Assembly (NCBI RefSeq): GCF_004010195.1
Contig: NC_057728.1
Coordinates: forward strand, 45,902,229-45,966,228
Source of the DNA: Chiloscyllium plagiosum
Taxonomy: Eukaryota
Length of the DNA: 64,000 nt
Direction: 5' to 3'
This document shows, in pieces, positions 24,610 to 38,189 of this stretch; positions within the stretch are counted from its first letter, which is position 1, and every line of letters begins with the position of its first letter. The notes under the pieces are model-generated. The model was given only the letters and a program-made list of their open reading frames with translations. It had not been told where the DNA came from and did no database searches. The translations under genes were made by a program, and so were the position numbers.

Positions 24610-26010
24610 GCAGTTTGGAGAGGTCTTGAATGAGTACTTTTCTTCAGTATTTACAAATGAGAGGGACCATATGTTGAAGAGGAAAGTGTGAAACGGACTG
24701 ATAAGCTAGAAGAGATACTTGTTAGGAAGGAAGATGTGTTGGGCATTTTGAAAAACTTGAGGACAGACAAGTCCCCCGGGCCTGACGGGATATATCCTTG
24801 GATTATGTGGGAAGCAAGAGAGGAAATTGCAGAGCCGTTGGCAATGATCTTTTCGTCTTCACTGTCAATGGGGGTGGTACCAGGGACTGGAGAGTGGCGA
24901 ATGTTGTGCCCCGTTCAAAAAAGGGAATAGGGATAACCCCGGGAATTACAGGCCAGTTAGTCTTACTTCGGTGGTAGGCAAAGAAATGGNNNNNNNNNNN
25001 NNNNNNNNNNNNNNNNNNNNNNNNNNNNNNNNNNNNNNNNNNNNNNNNNNNNNNNNNNNNNNNNNNNNNNNNNNNNNNNNNNNNNNNNNNNNNNNNNNNN
25101 NNNNNNNNNNNNNNNNNNNNNNNNNNNNNNNNNNNNNNNNNNNNNNNNNNNNNNNNNNNNNNNNNNNNNNNNNNNNNNNNNNNNNNNNNNNNNNNNNNNN
25201 NNNNNNNNNNNNNNNNNNNNNNNNNNNNNNNNNNNNNNNNNNNNNNNNNNNNNNNNNNNNNNNNNNNNNNNNNNNNNNNNNNNNNNNNNNNNNNNNNNNN
25301 NNNNNNNNNNNNNNNNNNNNNNNNNNNNNNNNNNNNNNNNNNNNNNNNNNNNNNNNNNNNNNNNNNNNNNNNNNNNNNNNNNNNNNNNNNNNNNNNNNNN
25401 NNNNNNNNNNNNNNNNNNNNNNNNNNNNNNNNNNNNNNNNNNNNNNNNNNNNNNNNNNNNNNNNNNNNNNNNNNNNNNNNNNNNNNNNNNNNNNNNNNNN
25501 NNNNNNNNNNNNNNNNNNNNNNNNNNNNNNNNNNNNNNNNNNNNNNNNNNNNNNNNNNNNNNNNNNNNNNNNNNNNNNNNNNNNNNNNNNNNNNNNNNNN
25601 NNNNNNNNNNNNNNNNNNNNNNNNNNNNNNNNNNNNNNNNNNNNNNNNNNNNNNNNNNNNNNNNNNNNNNNNTAGAGGTTTATAAGATGATCAGAGGAAG
25701 AGAGAGAGTAGACAGTCAGAAACTTTTTCTCCGGGTACAACAGAGTTTTACAAGGGGACATAAATTTAAGGTGAAGGGTGGAAGGTATAGGGGGGATGTC
25801 AGGGGTAGGTTCTTTACCCAGAGAGTGGTGGGGGCATGGAATGTGCTGCCTGTGGGTGTGGCAGAGTCAGAATCATTGGTGAGCTTTAAGCAGCAATTGG
25901 ATAGGTACATGGATGGGTGCTTAAGCAAGGATAAATGTTCGGCACAACATCATGGGCCGAAGGGCCTGTTCTGTGCTGAATTGTTCTATGTTCTATCTAT
26001 GTTCTATGTA
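24610..26010 (+). mobile_element. CR1 LINE ORF2 3' part, spanning the assembly gap
   Basis: DKSPGPDGIYP and NYRPVSLTSVVGK before the gap; FFTQRVVGAWN and an (ttctatg)n tail after it. Confidence 0.88.
24990..25672. other. assembly gap (683 N)
   Basis: Run of N. Confidence 1.
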
Positions 26011-26520
26011 CCCTGGCTCTTACTGGGAGACAGTAAACTAGTGAACTTGGCATTGAAAGGCAAGACAAGAAAGTATTGTGAGCTTTTAAATGCTGAATGA
26101 GGGGACAAAATGCAAAAAGGTAAAGCAGGGATGTGAAAGCATTGAAGTAGGCACAAAATGAGTGAGTGCTAAGACATTTGTACCATGAAATGGATGCACT
26201 TCCCTGTTTAACATGTCCTTGCAGCAGAATTGCCTGTGCTCTCCAAAATGTAGTATTGAAGCATAGAGCCGTATTCTAGGTGGATTGGAGACATGCCATG
26301 ATAATGTGGTGCATGTCAGATGTGAAGGTTCATCAGTGCCATCAGGTGGATGTACTCACTGCCCATGGAATGTGCCCTAAGATGTTGGTGCCAGGGTGTC
26401 TAAGAGGAGCAGGCGGTGAGCTGGAGTTGCCAAATATCTAATCTGTCTTTTGCATCAGGAATTCTCAGCGTCTTGTTTCTGGCTGGTGGGTGGATGAATG
26501 GGAAACTGCATTTTTTTTTT

Positions 26521-26731
26521 AGATTCCCTACAGTGTGGAAACAGGCTCTTCGGCCCAACAAGTCCACACCGACCCTCCGAAGAATAACCCACCCAGACCC
26601 ATCTCCCTCTGACTACTGAACCTAAAACTATGGGCAATTTAGCATGGCCAATTCACCTCACCTGCACATCTTTAGACTGTGGGAGGAAATCGGAGCACCC
26701 GGAGGAAACCCATGCAGACACGGGGAGAATG
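26521..26731 (-). mobile_element. HE1-like SINE, 5'-truncated
   Basis: Reverse complement of the SINE 3' half. Confidence 0.88.
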
Positions 26732-27994
26732 GAGTGACGTTAAGTAATAAAGTGATGTTAATACATTCTAATAGACCTCCAGCCACTCATTAGCTAGAAC
26801 CTTGTCTTGCCATTAAACCTTAGGTTGTAAAATGGAATTTCTGCTCTCACTGTCATGACGTTCCTCACTGGGCATCTCGTGATTTTCCCAACTTACCTGC
26901 CATTGCCCTCGTCATTTGGCATTGGGAAAATTCTGTCCATTTTCAGCAGTGGGTGTGCAGAGAAATAATATGGCAACAAGAGGAAGTTGTCAAGTGTGAA
27001 TCACAGTATTAATAGCTACATTGTGTCCTAACACATAACCATTATTTCTAGCCACGGTACAAACTGACAAATTATCCGTAAGTAAAAAGAAAACAAAGCT
27101 TTAAACAAATAGAATTAAACTAATTCCCACCTCAACATACATAAGCAAACACATATCTTAGCTCACGTTATGTGTGGGAATTCAGTTATGGCATTCATGG
27201 GGCCCAAGGATACTTTGACCTGATATTAAATATAAACAAATAACTAAATGACAAATTAATTAAAGCAAAAATTACACCAAAACTCAATGAAAACTGTTCC
27301 AGTTAAAATTGGAATCAATCCTAAATCAGTAGCTTCAATAATGACCATCATCTGTATTCAAAACATAAAGACATAACAGCTTGTTTCTTGATGTCAATTA
27401 ATTTGTAGGTTTAGTAAAAGACTTTAGTAATTTTAACACTGCCTGTAAAACGATGTGGCTAGGCCATATTACCTCTGTAAACAGGACCAAATAATCACCA
27501 AGTTATGTGAGATACAGCCTACATACTAAAAGCTTGATTAAAAATATCTTAATTTTAAGAATTTCTTCCACAAAGCCCTGTGGTTCATGCTGCTGGGTTA
27601 AACTGATGCAGCTAAGACTCTGCTGTTGGCATCAGATGGTCTATCGAGCTTCGGAGTATCAATGTTGACTGTCATCAGGAGAAAATGTGTTGTGACAAAA
27701 ATCAAAGTCAAGAATTACAGGAAACAAAACTTGCAGAGATTTACTCTTGTCCTCAAATTTTAATATTTAACACGACTCATATCTAAGAGAAACAATTTAA
27801 CAGGTACAATGCTTCCTTTGTGATTTATTTTTCTTCATTTGGAGAATTAAGTGGTTTACTAGTAAATCAGGAGTATGCTAGAATCAAATTTCTTCCAAAA
27901 CCTCTAGCTTATCTGAGTAAATACAAAAGACTTAATTATTCTCCATTCGTGCCGTGTTCCACTTTCTTCCATTGGTCCTCATTTATAGTGTTAT

Positions 27995-28008
27995 CCACCA
28001 GGTGGCAG
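27995..28008 (+). promoter_or_regulatory. candidate CTCF site
   Basis: CCACCAGGTGGCAG matches the CTCF core consensus and lies in apparently non-repeat DNA. Confidence 0.45.
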
Positions 28009-28907
28009 TTGTGTTTCCACAATAACCGAACAGAGGCTAAGGAGCGCAACTTTCTCAAATGTTCAAAATACAGGCACTGTAGCTTGTGAATAACTATTTC
28101 AACGTGAATACTACCAGGTTTTGATCTCCACAAATAGTGTTATGACATTAATGAGAAGTGAGTCATTTCAATCTCTTTGGTTGCAACACAAGTTTACATT
28201 TATTTTTAGCACTTTTCCAGTTAAAATGTAGTCAACTAGTTTCGCCACAAACAATAAGGAACAAATACGAGGTTTACTTGAGTGAAAACACAACATTTTT
28301 ATACATGCTAACATTGAGAAAAAAATAATAAAAACAATGCCAAGCATAGGGTCGTTGTGCTGTAACTTATATCTCACACACACACACACATACAAACTTA
28401 AGGGGTATAATGTCAGTTCAAAAGGAAGATAAAAAGAATAAATAGGTTAGATTCTTTTGGGCTGTGTGAGACAAAAAGGTTTTAAACTGAGACCACAGTT
28501 AGTTGATTTCTTGGATTCGAGTCAGAGAATATTGCAGTTACTTTTTAAGTTCTTGGTTTCTTGATATTTCTTAACAGACACTGTTGACACTCGACTTTTC
28601 TTGATGGAGACAAAGAGAGGGTCTTCAATCTGTTTCAGGTCTCCATTCCAAACTCAACCTCCTTTGTTTCTGACGACAGACAACACTTTTTCAAGAGTGG
28701 CTTGTTTGTATTTCGTGTCTGCAGGTGATGTTTTATTCTGCAACGTGTGAAGATCGTAATGACAGTGCAAATGTGATAGGACAGGAAGATCTTTTCATAC
28801 ATCTCCAAATGCAGTATGGGTGATTGGAGGGCAAGGTTTTATTTTTGACTGGCTTCATTATTTTTGGATAGAATGTTAATTTAAGGTCAGATTGTCTTTT
28901 ATCTGAT

Positions 28908-29042
28908 CCAAAAATTGCTGAAGATACTCAGCTGGTCTGGCAGCATCTCAGGAGAGAAAGTAGAGTTAACATGGAGTTCAGTGACCCTTCTTCAGAACTC
29001 CCTTTGATGTGGATCCTCAGCAGCTGCAGTTCTTTGTTTTAT
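28908..29042 (-). mobile_element. old Penelope-derived short element with a decayed hammerhead motif
   Basis: Minus strand reads AGTT-CTGAAGA-AGGGTCACTGAACTC..., homologous to 54122-54220. Confidence 0.6.
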
Positions 29043-31123
29043 GATCTTGTCTAATTGTTTCATGAAACTTGGCCAATATGTGGGTCAGGTGATACCTGAG
29101 GCCATTTTAAGTCAGTGTTTTTGGTCCTCTGTTAAAATCATTTCAGTCCATCCTCATATTAAAATGAATGTTGGATGTTAAAATCAGATAGCTCATATTT
29201 TTATCATCATGACAAGAGTTAGCTGTTGTCAGCTGGAGTGGACATTGTATGCTATAGTGAGCCTGAGAGAAGGGTTAGAAAGAAATCAGCCTACCTTCCC
29301 ATTCATCATTCTTGGTAACTAATCTGTAGCCTCTGCTGGAAGTGGGAAGTGTAAATGTGTGGATGTCAGGTGCAGTCAGCACTGAGCTTGTATACAGATA
29401 GCCCTTCAATGTTTGGGTAGCTGGCTGACACTCACTATCAAGCCCTACAGGAGAATAATGAACTTTTTTGAGAGAGACAGGTGAATAATCAAACTCAGGG
29501 AACCATGCCTTCAGGATAGCCTGGGTCAGAGAAGATTAAAGGATACTGATTAGAAAACCTAATGTGAAAATCAAATTGATAGGATTTATTTTTAAAAGCT
29601 GTGTCATGTCATAAGTAAAAATGTTATGTGAACTATTAGTAAATGAAAATATAAAATTACAACTTGGTAACATCCTTTAGTGCACGCCAGAACATATTGG
29701 ATTTTCTTTCCCTGTTCAACTATGATTATGAAACAAATTAAAATTCAGAAACTGAAGCAGCTCTTATGGCACCTTAATCATCAGATATGATTTTCCAGAT
29801 AATAGTTACCTTTACTGCTTTTGTTCATTTTATTTTCAGTGTATTCTGGCATCTTACTTAGAACATGCATTTGCATAACAGTAATTATTACTTCCTGAGA
29901 CTGATTTTTTACTTGCATCATTTGTTATGAACGGGGTCAGTGTTCTGTTGTCCTCAATAATATTGCTGATGTTATTCAGGAAGGATCAGAGCACCTGTCT
30001 AGTTCAGAGAGAGGTTCATCTCAATACACTGCATTACCATTTTAAGCTGTAAATGAATGATGTGCTGAATTGTGAGCATTTAGATTAATTGAATGCGGTG
30101 ATAGAGCAGGAAAACCTCAACAAAGGTATGCACCAAGTTATTTTCCTGGAGTCAGGAGGAGACTTTGTGCTTCTGCCAAGCTGAGCAAACAAAAATGCGT
30201 TGGATCTTCTCTGCAGGAATTACACTCATTGGTGATCACAACCAGCCCCACTCTGTTGAACTTTCTGCTAATTTACGCTGTCTGACACTGGCAGACCTCC
30301 ATCCAGCCTGCTGCACTGCATTGTAGATTGGCTCCTCAAGGGCACCTATAGGGATGGCTAACAAATTCTGACTAGGCCAGCGACACCCACATCTCATGGA
30401 AAAATATATATTGTAACAAGTACCAGTGTGCAGATTGCCAGCTGATGATAATGAGAGCACAGCTCAAGCATCACAGATGCTTTTTGCATTTCATTTAGGA
30501 TAGAGAGTCTACATTCTAATAATAGGTTGTCAAGACCCAAAACTGGCACCAATAAATGTTGTTATATAACAAAGGGACTATTAACTGTGTTTGAGTGACA
30601 TTGTGCAGAAGACTGGAGTTATACTGCTGGCATCTAGGAACAGTAAGTCTCTATGTGTATGCTCACCTGACAGTTACATTTCATGCTAGAGAATTAATGG
30701 GGCCACAGAGTCCCTACAACATTGAAAAATGGTCCCATTTCATCAGTTTGATTTCTAAAATTGGAATGCAATTATCTTAAATATATCTCTTTAAGTATGG
30801 TGAAAGGAATGTTTTAAAATGACATTTGCAACCCACTTTCTTTAAGCAAGGAGGGAAGAACACTTTATGTAAAACCTAAACATTTAGCCTTTGAGATTTT
30901 ACATTATGCAGCACTACAAAGGGTTGAGAAAGCTGTACTCTCAAATAAATCAGATGCAGTCAATTAAGAAAAAGTGTTTTGCTTCCCAGTGAGAAAACAC
31001 TTGAGGTGAGAAATGTACTATCCTGAGCATAGGAGTCACATCAACTGCTGCTTGGTGACTATAGCACAGGGATCTGTACTTGGAATTTTGATCAGGAATG
31101 CTAACCTGACATGATATGCTACT

Positions 31124-31704
31124 GACAAGATTAGAGTGGTGCTGGAGCAGGACATCTGCACCAATCAACCTCATCACCCCGTGGCTGAACATTTCAACTC
31201 ACCCTCCCACTCTGCCGAGGACATGCAGGTCCTGGGCCTCCTCCACCGACACTCCCTCACCACCCAATGCCTGGAGGAAGAAAGCTTCATCTCCCACCTC
31301 GGAACACTACAACCCCAGGGCATCAATGTGGACTTCACCAGTTTCCTCATTTTCCCTCCCCCACCTTATGCCAGTTCCAACCTCCCAGCTCAGCACCATC
31401 CACATGACCTGTTCTACCTGCCAATCTTCCTTCCCACCTATCCACTCCATCCTCCTCTCCGACCTATCACTTTCATCCTCACTTCCATCCACCTATTGAA
31501 CTCTTAGCTACCTTTCTCTAGCCCCACCCTCCCCTTCCCATTTAGCTCTCCACCCCGGAGGCTTCCTGCCTCATTCCTGATGAAGGGCTTTTGCCTGAAA
31601 TGCGATTTTCCTGCTCCTCGGATGCTGCCTGACCTACTGGGCTTTTCCAGCATCACTCTAATTTTGACTCTGATCTCCAGCATCTGCAGTCCTCACGATC
31701 GCCT
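31124..31704 (+). mobile_element. Penelope-like element 3' end (GIY-YIG C-terminus plus pseudo-LTR with hammerhead motif)
   Basis: PVAEHFNSPSHS...LGTLQPQGIN; CTGATGA-AGGGCTTTTGCCT-GAAA at 31577; short inverted copy of the 3' end at 31124-31146; 13-bp TSD ATG(A/T)TATGCTACT at 31111 and 31705. Confidence 0.85.
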
Positions 31705-32304
31705 ATGTTATGCTACTATGTTCAATAGATTTATGGATTCACTTGGACCCTTCAATCAGGTCTCCTCCTGTAATATTTATTGCCTTTGTTATTTCACAGT
31801 ACTAATTGTTAACTGTCACCCAGTAGTATATTTCTGATTACACTATAAACATTAACCCTGCCAATGTAGACATCATTATGCACAGAATTCAATATTTATC
31901 AGCAAAAATGTGCTGAAAATAAATATACTTCGTTGTGAAATAAACTGCCTTCACTTATAAATATGTATTTTGGAGATCACCTCTTCATCTCTGAACCTGA
32001 TTTTAGATCTTTGCAAATGGTGGATTTTGAATGAGTTTTAAAATATCACCCTCTGTTTGTGTTGCAGTGACTTGTGTGCCATTCTGTATCTCCACAACTA
32101 TCCTTTGGTTTTTCTGTTCTGCAACATCAGTATCACCTTGTGATTGTTGCCTTCTGATGTCTCTCAGCTTCCAAGTCATTCTCTCATGCCTTGTTGAATT
32201 AATTTCTTCCCTATGTCTTTCCCAAACGCTGTATTTCATTTAGCACATCTGACGTTGTGTTCAGGATCTACACAGCAAATAACCAGGAATCAAAACAAAA
32301 GATC

Positions 32305-32520
32305 TAGGGGCTGCTTCAGTCACCAAAATTTTAGACAAGTTCTTTGCAAGCCAGTGTTTTCTGGAGACAATTACTGCAGACAAGGGGCCACAGTTTGTTT
32401 TCAATCGGTTCATGGAGTTGATAGCAAGTACAAAATCCATCATCTGAACTAGAATACAATCTGCAAGTGAATGGTGGCATCAAATGATTCAACAGAGTGA
32501 TAATGGATCATCCAAGAGCT
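32305..32520 (+). mobile_element. Gypsy-type integrase (rve core) remnant
   Basis: My translation gives VTKILDKFFASQCFLETITADKGPQF, then after a frameshift YNLQVNGGIK*FNRVI. These resemble the SDNGPQF and YHPQANGxxERFNR motifs. Confidence 0.65.
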
Positions 32521-32830
32521 AGTATGTTTCAGGGGAAAATGTTACAACAGTTGATTCATATTCTAAGTTTACACATTTTGACTCACCCACATTTCCTGAC
32601 CTGAAAGACACCAGTCAAACGTATAGCTGTTTACATGTTCCTGACATTCACAGTGATCAAATAAGAATGTCAGAGCAAAAACTTACTTCAACAAGCAAAC
32701 ACATGCAAGGCCACCACAATTTGAAGTTGGGGATTGGGTTTGTATCAAATGAACAAATATGCAAAAATTTGCACCATCTCACTCAGGACCAAAGTAGATC
32801 AATTGGCTGCTTTGTCCCAATGTTTGACTG

Positions 32831-33090
32831 TTGAGTGACAATGCACCAAACAACCCCACTGCCCTGTGGCCGACCACTTCAACTCCTCCTCCCACTCCCC
32901 CAAGGGCATGCAAGTCCTGGCCACCTCCACCGCTAAATCCAAGCCACCCGACAATTGAAGGAAAAATGCCTCATCTTCCACCTTGGGACCCTCCAACCAC
33001 ATGGCATCAATATCAATTTTACCAGTTTCCTTATCTCCCCTCCACCCACTTCATCCCAGATCGAACCCTCCAACTTAGCACCACCCACTT
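32831..33090 (+). mobile_element. Penelope-like fragment truncated at the inverted-duplication boundary
   Basis: Homologous to 31157-31400; homology stops at 33090. Confidence 0.8.
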
Positions 33091-36000
33091 CAGATGGTCT
33101 AACTCTGTAGCCGCCTGTCTTGTGAAGTGAAGTTGGCAGAGATGAGAGCTCCTCTGGCACGTCGAGTGTGTCTTGGCGAGTGACGGACAAGGAGAAAATT
33201 GTGCACCGGATCTGACTGTGTTGGGTTTGCTGACCCTTCATGTACTACTTCCATCTACCACATCTCAATTACACAGCATGTTCAGATCCCCAGTGGATAT
33301 GCATCACCATCTCTTCACTGGTTTGACAGCAAAACCAAAGAATTAAAGAAGAAATGTATTTGTCTCATTAGGAAATGCAAAGGTGGGGGCCTGGCTGAAT
33401 AAAACCAATTAATGCGTGGTAGAAACACAGCATAGTGAACACAAAACCATAAAGAAAGAACATTTCATGAATAACTTCAAAATCTGAATCATCTGTAAAC
33501 CACCGAGGCACGATTGCATCTACCTTAAGTAGGTTGGGTGCATTGTGGACAATGGCTTGCTCAGATTTAAAGCATCCAAATCTTCAAACTTTACTATTGC
33601 ATCTACCATTCAAAGGAGGCTATAAATGTTGTTAGTATAATCACATGACTGACCAGCTCATGCCTTGCAAAAATCAGGTACAGAATCAATTTTGTGACTA
33701 AGCCCCTGCTAATAAAGATGGTCCTTGCAAATTATACCCTGAAGAGATTAGACTAGATTCCCTACAGTATGGAAACAGGCCCTTCGGCCCAACCAGTCCA
33801 CACCAACCCTCCAAAGAGCAACCCACCCAGACCCAGTTCCCTCTGACTAATGCACCTAACACTGTGGGGCAATTCATCATGGCAAATTCACTTGTGGGAG
33901 GAAAGCAGAGGAAACACACACTGAACACGTGAGAATGTGCAAACTCCACATAGACAGTCACCTGAGGCTGGAATCAAACCTGGGATCCTGGTGCTGTGAG
34001 GCTACAGCGCTAACCACTGAGCCACTGTGCTGCCCCATTTCCAATATCTCCCCATTTCCAATAAATTATAACAAATGCATGAGAGCTGAATTTCTATGGA
34101 GTCCGCCAATATTCATCTCTCTTATGTTAAGTAAAAAAGCAACGTAGCTCTTGAAACATTAACTGTGCAAAAGACATTTTTCTTCTCCCTCTCAAGGCTT
34201 TGCAATGTTCATTCTCCTGTGTTACTTCAGATGCATGAAATGAAGTCAACTGAAATGTACTCCCATTAGGTCACAAGTTATGTAAAGTAAACAGGATTCA
34301 CTTCAGTTGATTAGTTGTCTTCTGAAAAGGAGGTATTGAAGCAGTTGATTCTGTATATCTCTCGCTCCCTGGAACTGCCTGGCTATTGAAACTAACAATT
34401 TATTTTATTTTACAATGAACTCTTATCCCTCAGTGTTTATCCCTTTTAGAAAACCAATCTAATTTCAGAATTGCAGCTTTTGTCCTGGAATGAGCTGTTG
34501 AATTTATTTCTCGATTGCCTAACTTCATTTGTTTTATATAGCAGTTATAGTCTTTCTGAGAGCTATACCTCAGACACGCCATCATAGCTGACACCTAGTG
34601 GCAACAGAGCAATTTCCCTTTAATTGTGTTGGTGACTGTCATTCACTATAACATATGCCAAGTGACAATATCACCCAGTCCCATTAAAGGTAGCTTTCTG
34701 TTTTGCAGACACACACAAGTGGATTTCATGTATTATTTTACTTAGAATAGCAGATTCTCCAGAGAATTTCACTTCACTGTAACATAATCAAGAACTTCAA
34801 GTGGCAAAAAAAACAGCTTAGATAAAAGTGTAGGCATTTTATAAAACTTCCGAGTCTCCATTTCACATTTATGAACATTCTCAAATTTATGATATATATT
34901 TCTAGAACTGTTGTAAAAGCTAGTCACACAAGTCTGTAAAGAAAGAAGTAGCATTGAATTCTTGATTAAGAAATGCTACAGCACTTATTTTGTTTCCAGG
35001 CATCAGTAGGTCAGTTGTGCTGTTAAACTTTTTGGAAACAAAATGGATCATTCCTTGAAATTTATACCATTTCTTATTAATAGTAATTTAGTTTTTGTAA
35101 GTTGTGAAGTTAATAATTGTAAAAATTTTAACCACCACGCTACACACGATGATATAGAAAAGTTAAGTATGAATCCAGATTAACAACGGATTAAAAAGTC
35201 TTTCAAGAATCTGAAATTATTCAGTTTAAGTAGCTCACACATAAACAGTAAGCAGGCGATAAATTTGGATTTACCATTACAAATCGCGTAACAGAAACAC
35301 GTGTTTATTATTAATAAATGTAAATAGAGTTAACTTTCACTTCCACCTACATGTATATGCCAAAGTTGGCTTGTATTTTTCTGATATGATTCTGCTTTCT
35401 GACTGGGGCATGGGAGCAGCTGTCAGAGAAGTAGGAGAAGGACAAAGACATTGAGGTGGAGGTGCTGACATTGTCCATCAAAGAGCTCAGCTGCGAAGGG
35501 CACTACAAACCAGGCAGGATTGGATTGACATCTGCTCCTAATAGAGCAGAGCTGAGTGCAGCAGGCCATGGTTGACTGTAACATCTTTGGGGCATTATGC
35601 TGAAATCAGGTCAGCACTGTGGGGACAATGTTCAGTCTCTGTTAGCTTTCTCTCTGTTTCCTTTTGTGATTTCTAAAAGCTCATGGTAGTGTTTGTATTT
35701 GTCCAATTGATTGCCTGTATGTGATGTGACCTTACTGGACAATGGTATAAGTGGTTCTAAAATGGACACTGGGAACAGAGTATTGTTTCCTTATAGGGTG
35801 TTTAGATGGAACGTAGCTAGGGACTAGAGTTATAGTCTTAGAGTCATACAGCATGGAACACACCTTTTGGTCCAACTTGTCCATACTAACCATATTCTCA
35901 AAAAATGAGTCCCACTTCCCTGCATTTGGTCTATATCCTTCCAACCTTCTCCTGTTCATGTACTTATCCAAATGTCTTTTCAACATTGTAACTGTAGTGG

Positions 36001-36143
36001 CATCTGCCATTTCCTCTGGAAGTTCATTCCACACACAAAGCACTCTCTGTGTAAAAAACGTCTCCCCTCATGTCCTTTTCAAAACTTCCTCCTCTCACCT
36101 TAAAAATATGCCCCCTAGTTTTGAATTCTCCCATCCTAGGAAA
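33091..36143 (+). repeat. left arm of 3.05-kb inverted duplication
   Basis: Reverse complement of 39087-42138; identical ORFs appear on opposite strands in the ORF track. Confidence 0.97.
33747..34035 (-). mobile_element. HE1-like SINE (left arm)
   Basis: Reverse complement of the SINE, with small internal deletions. Confidence 0.88.
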
Positions 36144-36180
36144 AAGATCCTTGCTATTCACCTTATCTATGCCCATCAAA
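35838..36180 (-). mobile_element. CR1 3' fragment (partly duplicated at 39087-39392)
   Basis: VWNELPEE...KRHLDKYMNR. Confidence 0.85.
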
Positions 36181-36399
36181 AAAATCCCAGCCTAGTTTTA
36201 TGACTCAAACCCTCCATGGTTAAACAGTGACCATGGTGAGAATGTGATTTTATGACTGAGGGTGCTTCAGTCATGACTGTTATGTGCCATGAGCAGTGTA
36301 TCATTGTAGCTGCTGAGCCTTTACATTACTGGTGAGGGGCAAGGATACATTTGCCAATGCTTGTCCAGCTACATAGCAGCCTTTCCAAAATGGCACAAG

Positions 36400-37470
36400 T
36401 TTAAGGGATGCCAGTGTAAGGACTTGCCTATTGGATACAAAATTGCCTTAATCACAGGAGACAAAGAATGATGCTGGAGGGTTGTTTTTCGGACTGGAAG
36501 CCTGTGACTAGCGGTGTTTCACAGGGATTGGTGTTGGGTTCACTTTGTTTGTCGGTTGTATAAATGATTTAGGTCAGAAAGTAGAAAGCATGGTCAATAA
36601 CTTTGCACATGACACCAAGATTGTTGTGTAGTGGTCCGTGAAGAAGTTTATCTAAGATTACAAAGATATCTTGATCAATTGGACCAATGGGCTGAGGAAT
36701 GGCAAATGGAGTTTAATTTGGATAAATGTGAGACATTACATTTTGGTAAAAGAAACAAAGACAAGACTTTCACAATTAAAAGAAGGCCTTGGATATTGTT
36801 GTAGAACAGAGACCTAGAGGTTCAGGTACATAGTTCTTTGAAGTTTACATCACATATGAATAGGGTTCCTAAGAAGGTTTTTAGCATGTTTGCCTTCATT
36901 GCTCAGATTGTTGTGTATAGGAGTTGGGACGTTATGTTGAGGTTGTATAGGATTTTGGTGAGGCCTCTTCTGGAGTAGTGTCCAGTTCTGGTGGCCCTGT
37001 TATTAGGAGGATATTAAGTTGAAGAGGGTTCAGAAGAGATTTACCAGGAATATGCAGGAATGGAGACTTTGAGTTCTGAGAGAGGCTGGGACTTTTTTCA
37101 CTGGAGTGTAGGAAGTTGAGAGGTGACCTGATAAAGGTTTATAAAATAATGAGAGGTATAGACAAAGTGAATGGCAAGTTACTTTTACCCCGAAGGTGGG
37201 GGATTTCAAGACCTAGGGAGCATATTTTTAAGGTGAGAGGACAAAGATTTAAAAATGACATGGGGATAATTTGTATTTTGCTCATGTGTAGAATGAACTT
37301 TCAGAGGACGTGGTGGATGCAGTTACACTTACAACATTTAAAAGACATTTGGATAAGTACATGAATAAGAAATGGTAGAAGGGGCATGGGCCAAGTACAT
37401 TTGGGGATTATGGTTGGTATGGACAGGTTGGCCTGAAGAGTCAGTTTCTATAATGTATGATTATGACTGA
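36400..37470 (+). mobile_element. CR1 LINE RT 3' part, decayed
   Basis: SGVSQGLVLG, FAHDTK and RGDLIKVYKIMRG motifs. Confidence 0.85.
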
Positions 37471-38189
37471 TACTTGCTGAGGGTCAATGATGAATGCTGA
37501 AATGGAGCAGAAACACCACAGGGGCCTGGTAAGTGATTACTGAGGTTAGCTTGGTAAGATAGGATGAGAAAACTTGCTAGCGTTTGTGATGGAAGACCCA
37601 ACAAGTCTTGATGCAAATAGGATTTGGAAAAAAAATGTAAGATTAATGCATCAGTAATTTTACAATGAGATTTTCTGTTGCAATGTTATTTAAAAGTTAA
37701 TAAGAATGCATGCCTCCTGTGTTGAGCTCAATATATGCACATTTCCTGTTTATCGTATTTGTTTTCTGTGACACAAATTGTTCAGTTTGGTGCCCAGACT
37801 GGTAAAACTAATTCCTCACAATTGACTACTTTCAAAGTGAGATAAATTCAGACATTACTACTTATCTGCAGTACAGACCTACCAACACTCATACAGTTTT
37901 TGATTTTATCTCCCAGCTGATCAATAGCCAACTGTGACATCAAATCAACGTCTGTACGACTACAAGAACAAAGCTTTTTGAGCCTGGTCTGGCTTTTAGA
38001 AAGAACATGGCTGATCTGCTTTTAACTTCAACTCTGCTCTTCTACATATCCCCATTAATCTTTCATCCCCCTTGGTAATCAAGAAACATCTATTTTGCCT
38101 TAGAGATATTTAAATATTTGCCTTTGAAGAAGGCGATTCCAAAGACTTTGAACGCTCTGAGAGAAAAAAAGTTTCCTTATCCCAGCTTT

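Noticed and set aside
24946..25761. Long 271-aa and 234-aa ORFs
   Set aside because: Artefacts of the N gap.
32003..32239. 78-aa hydrophilic minus-strand ORF
   Set aside because: No recognisable homology or splice support; a stop codon immediately precedes the ATG.
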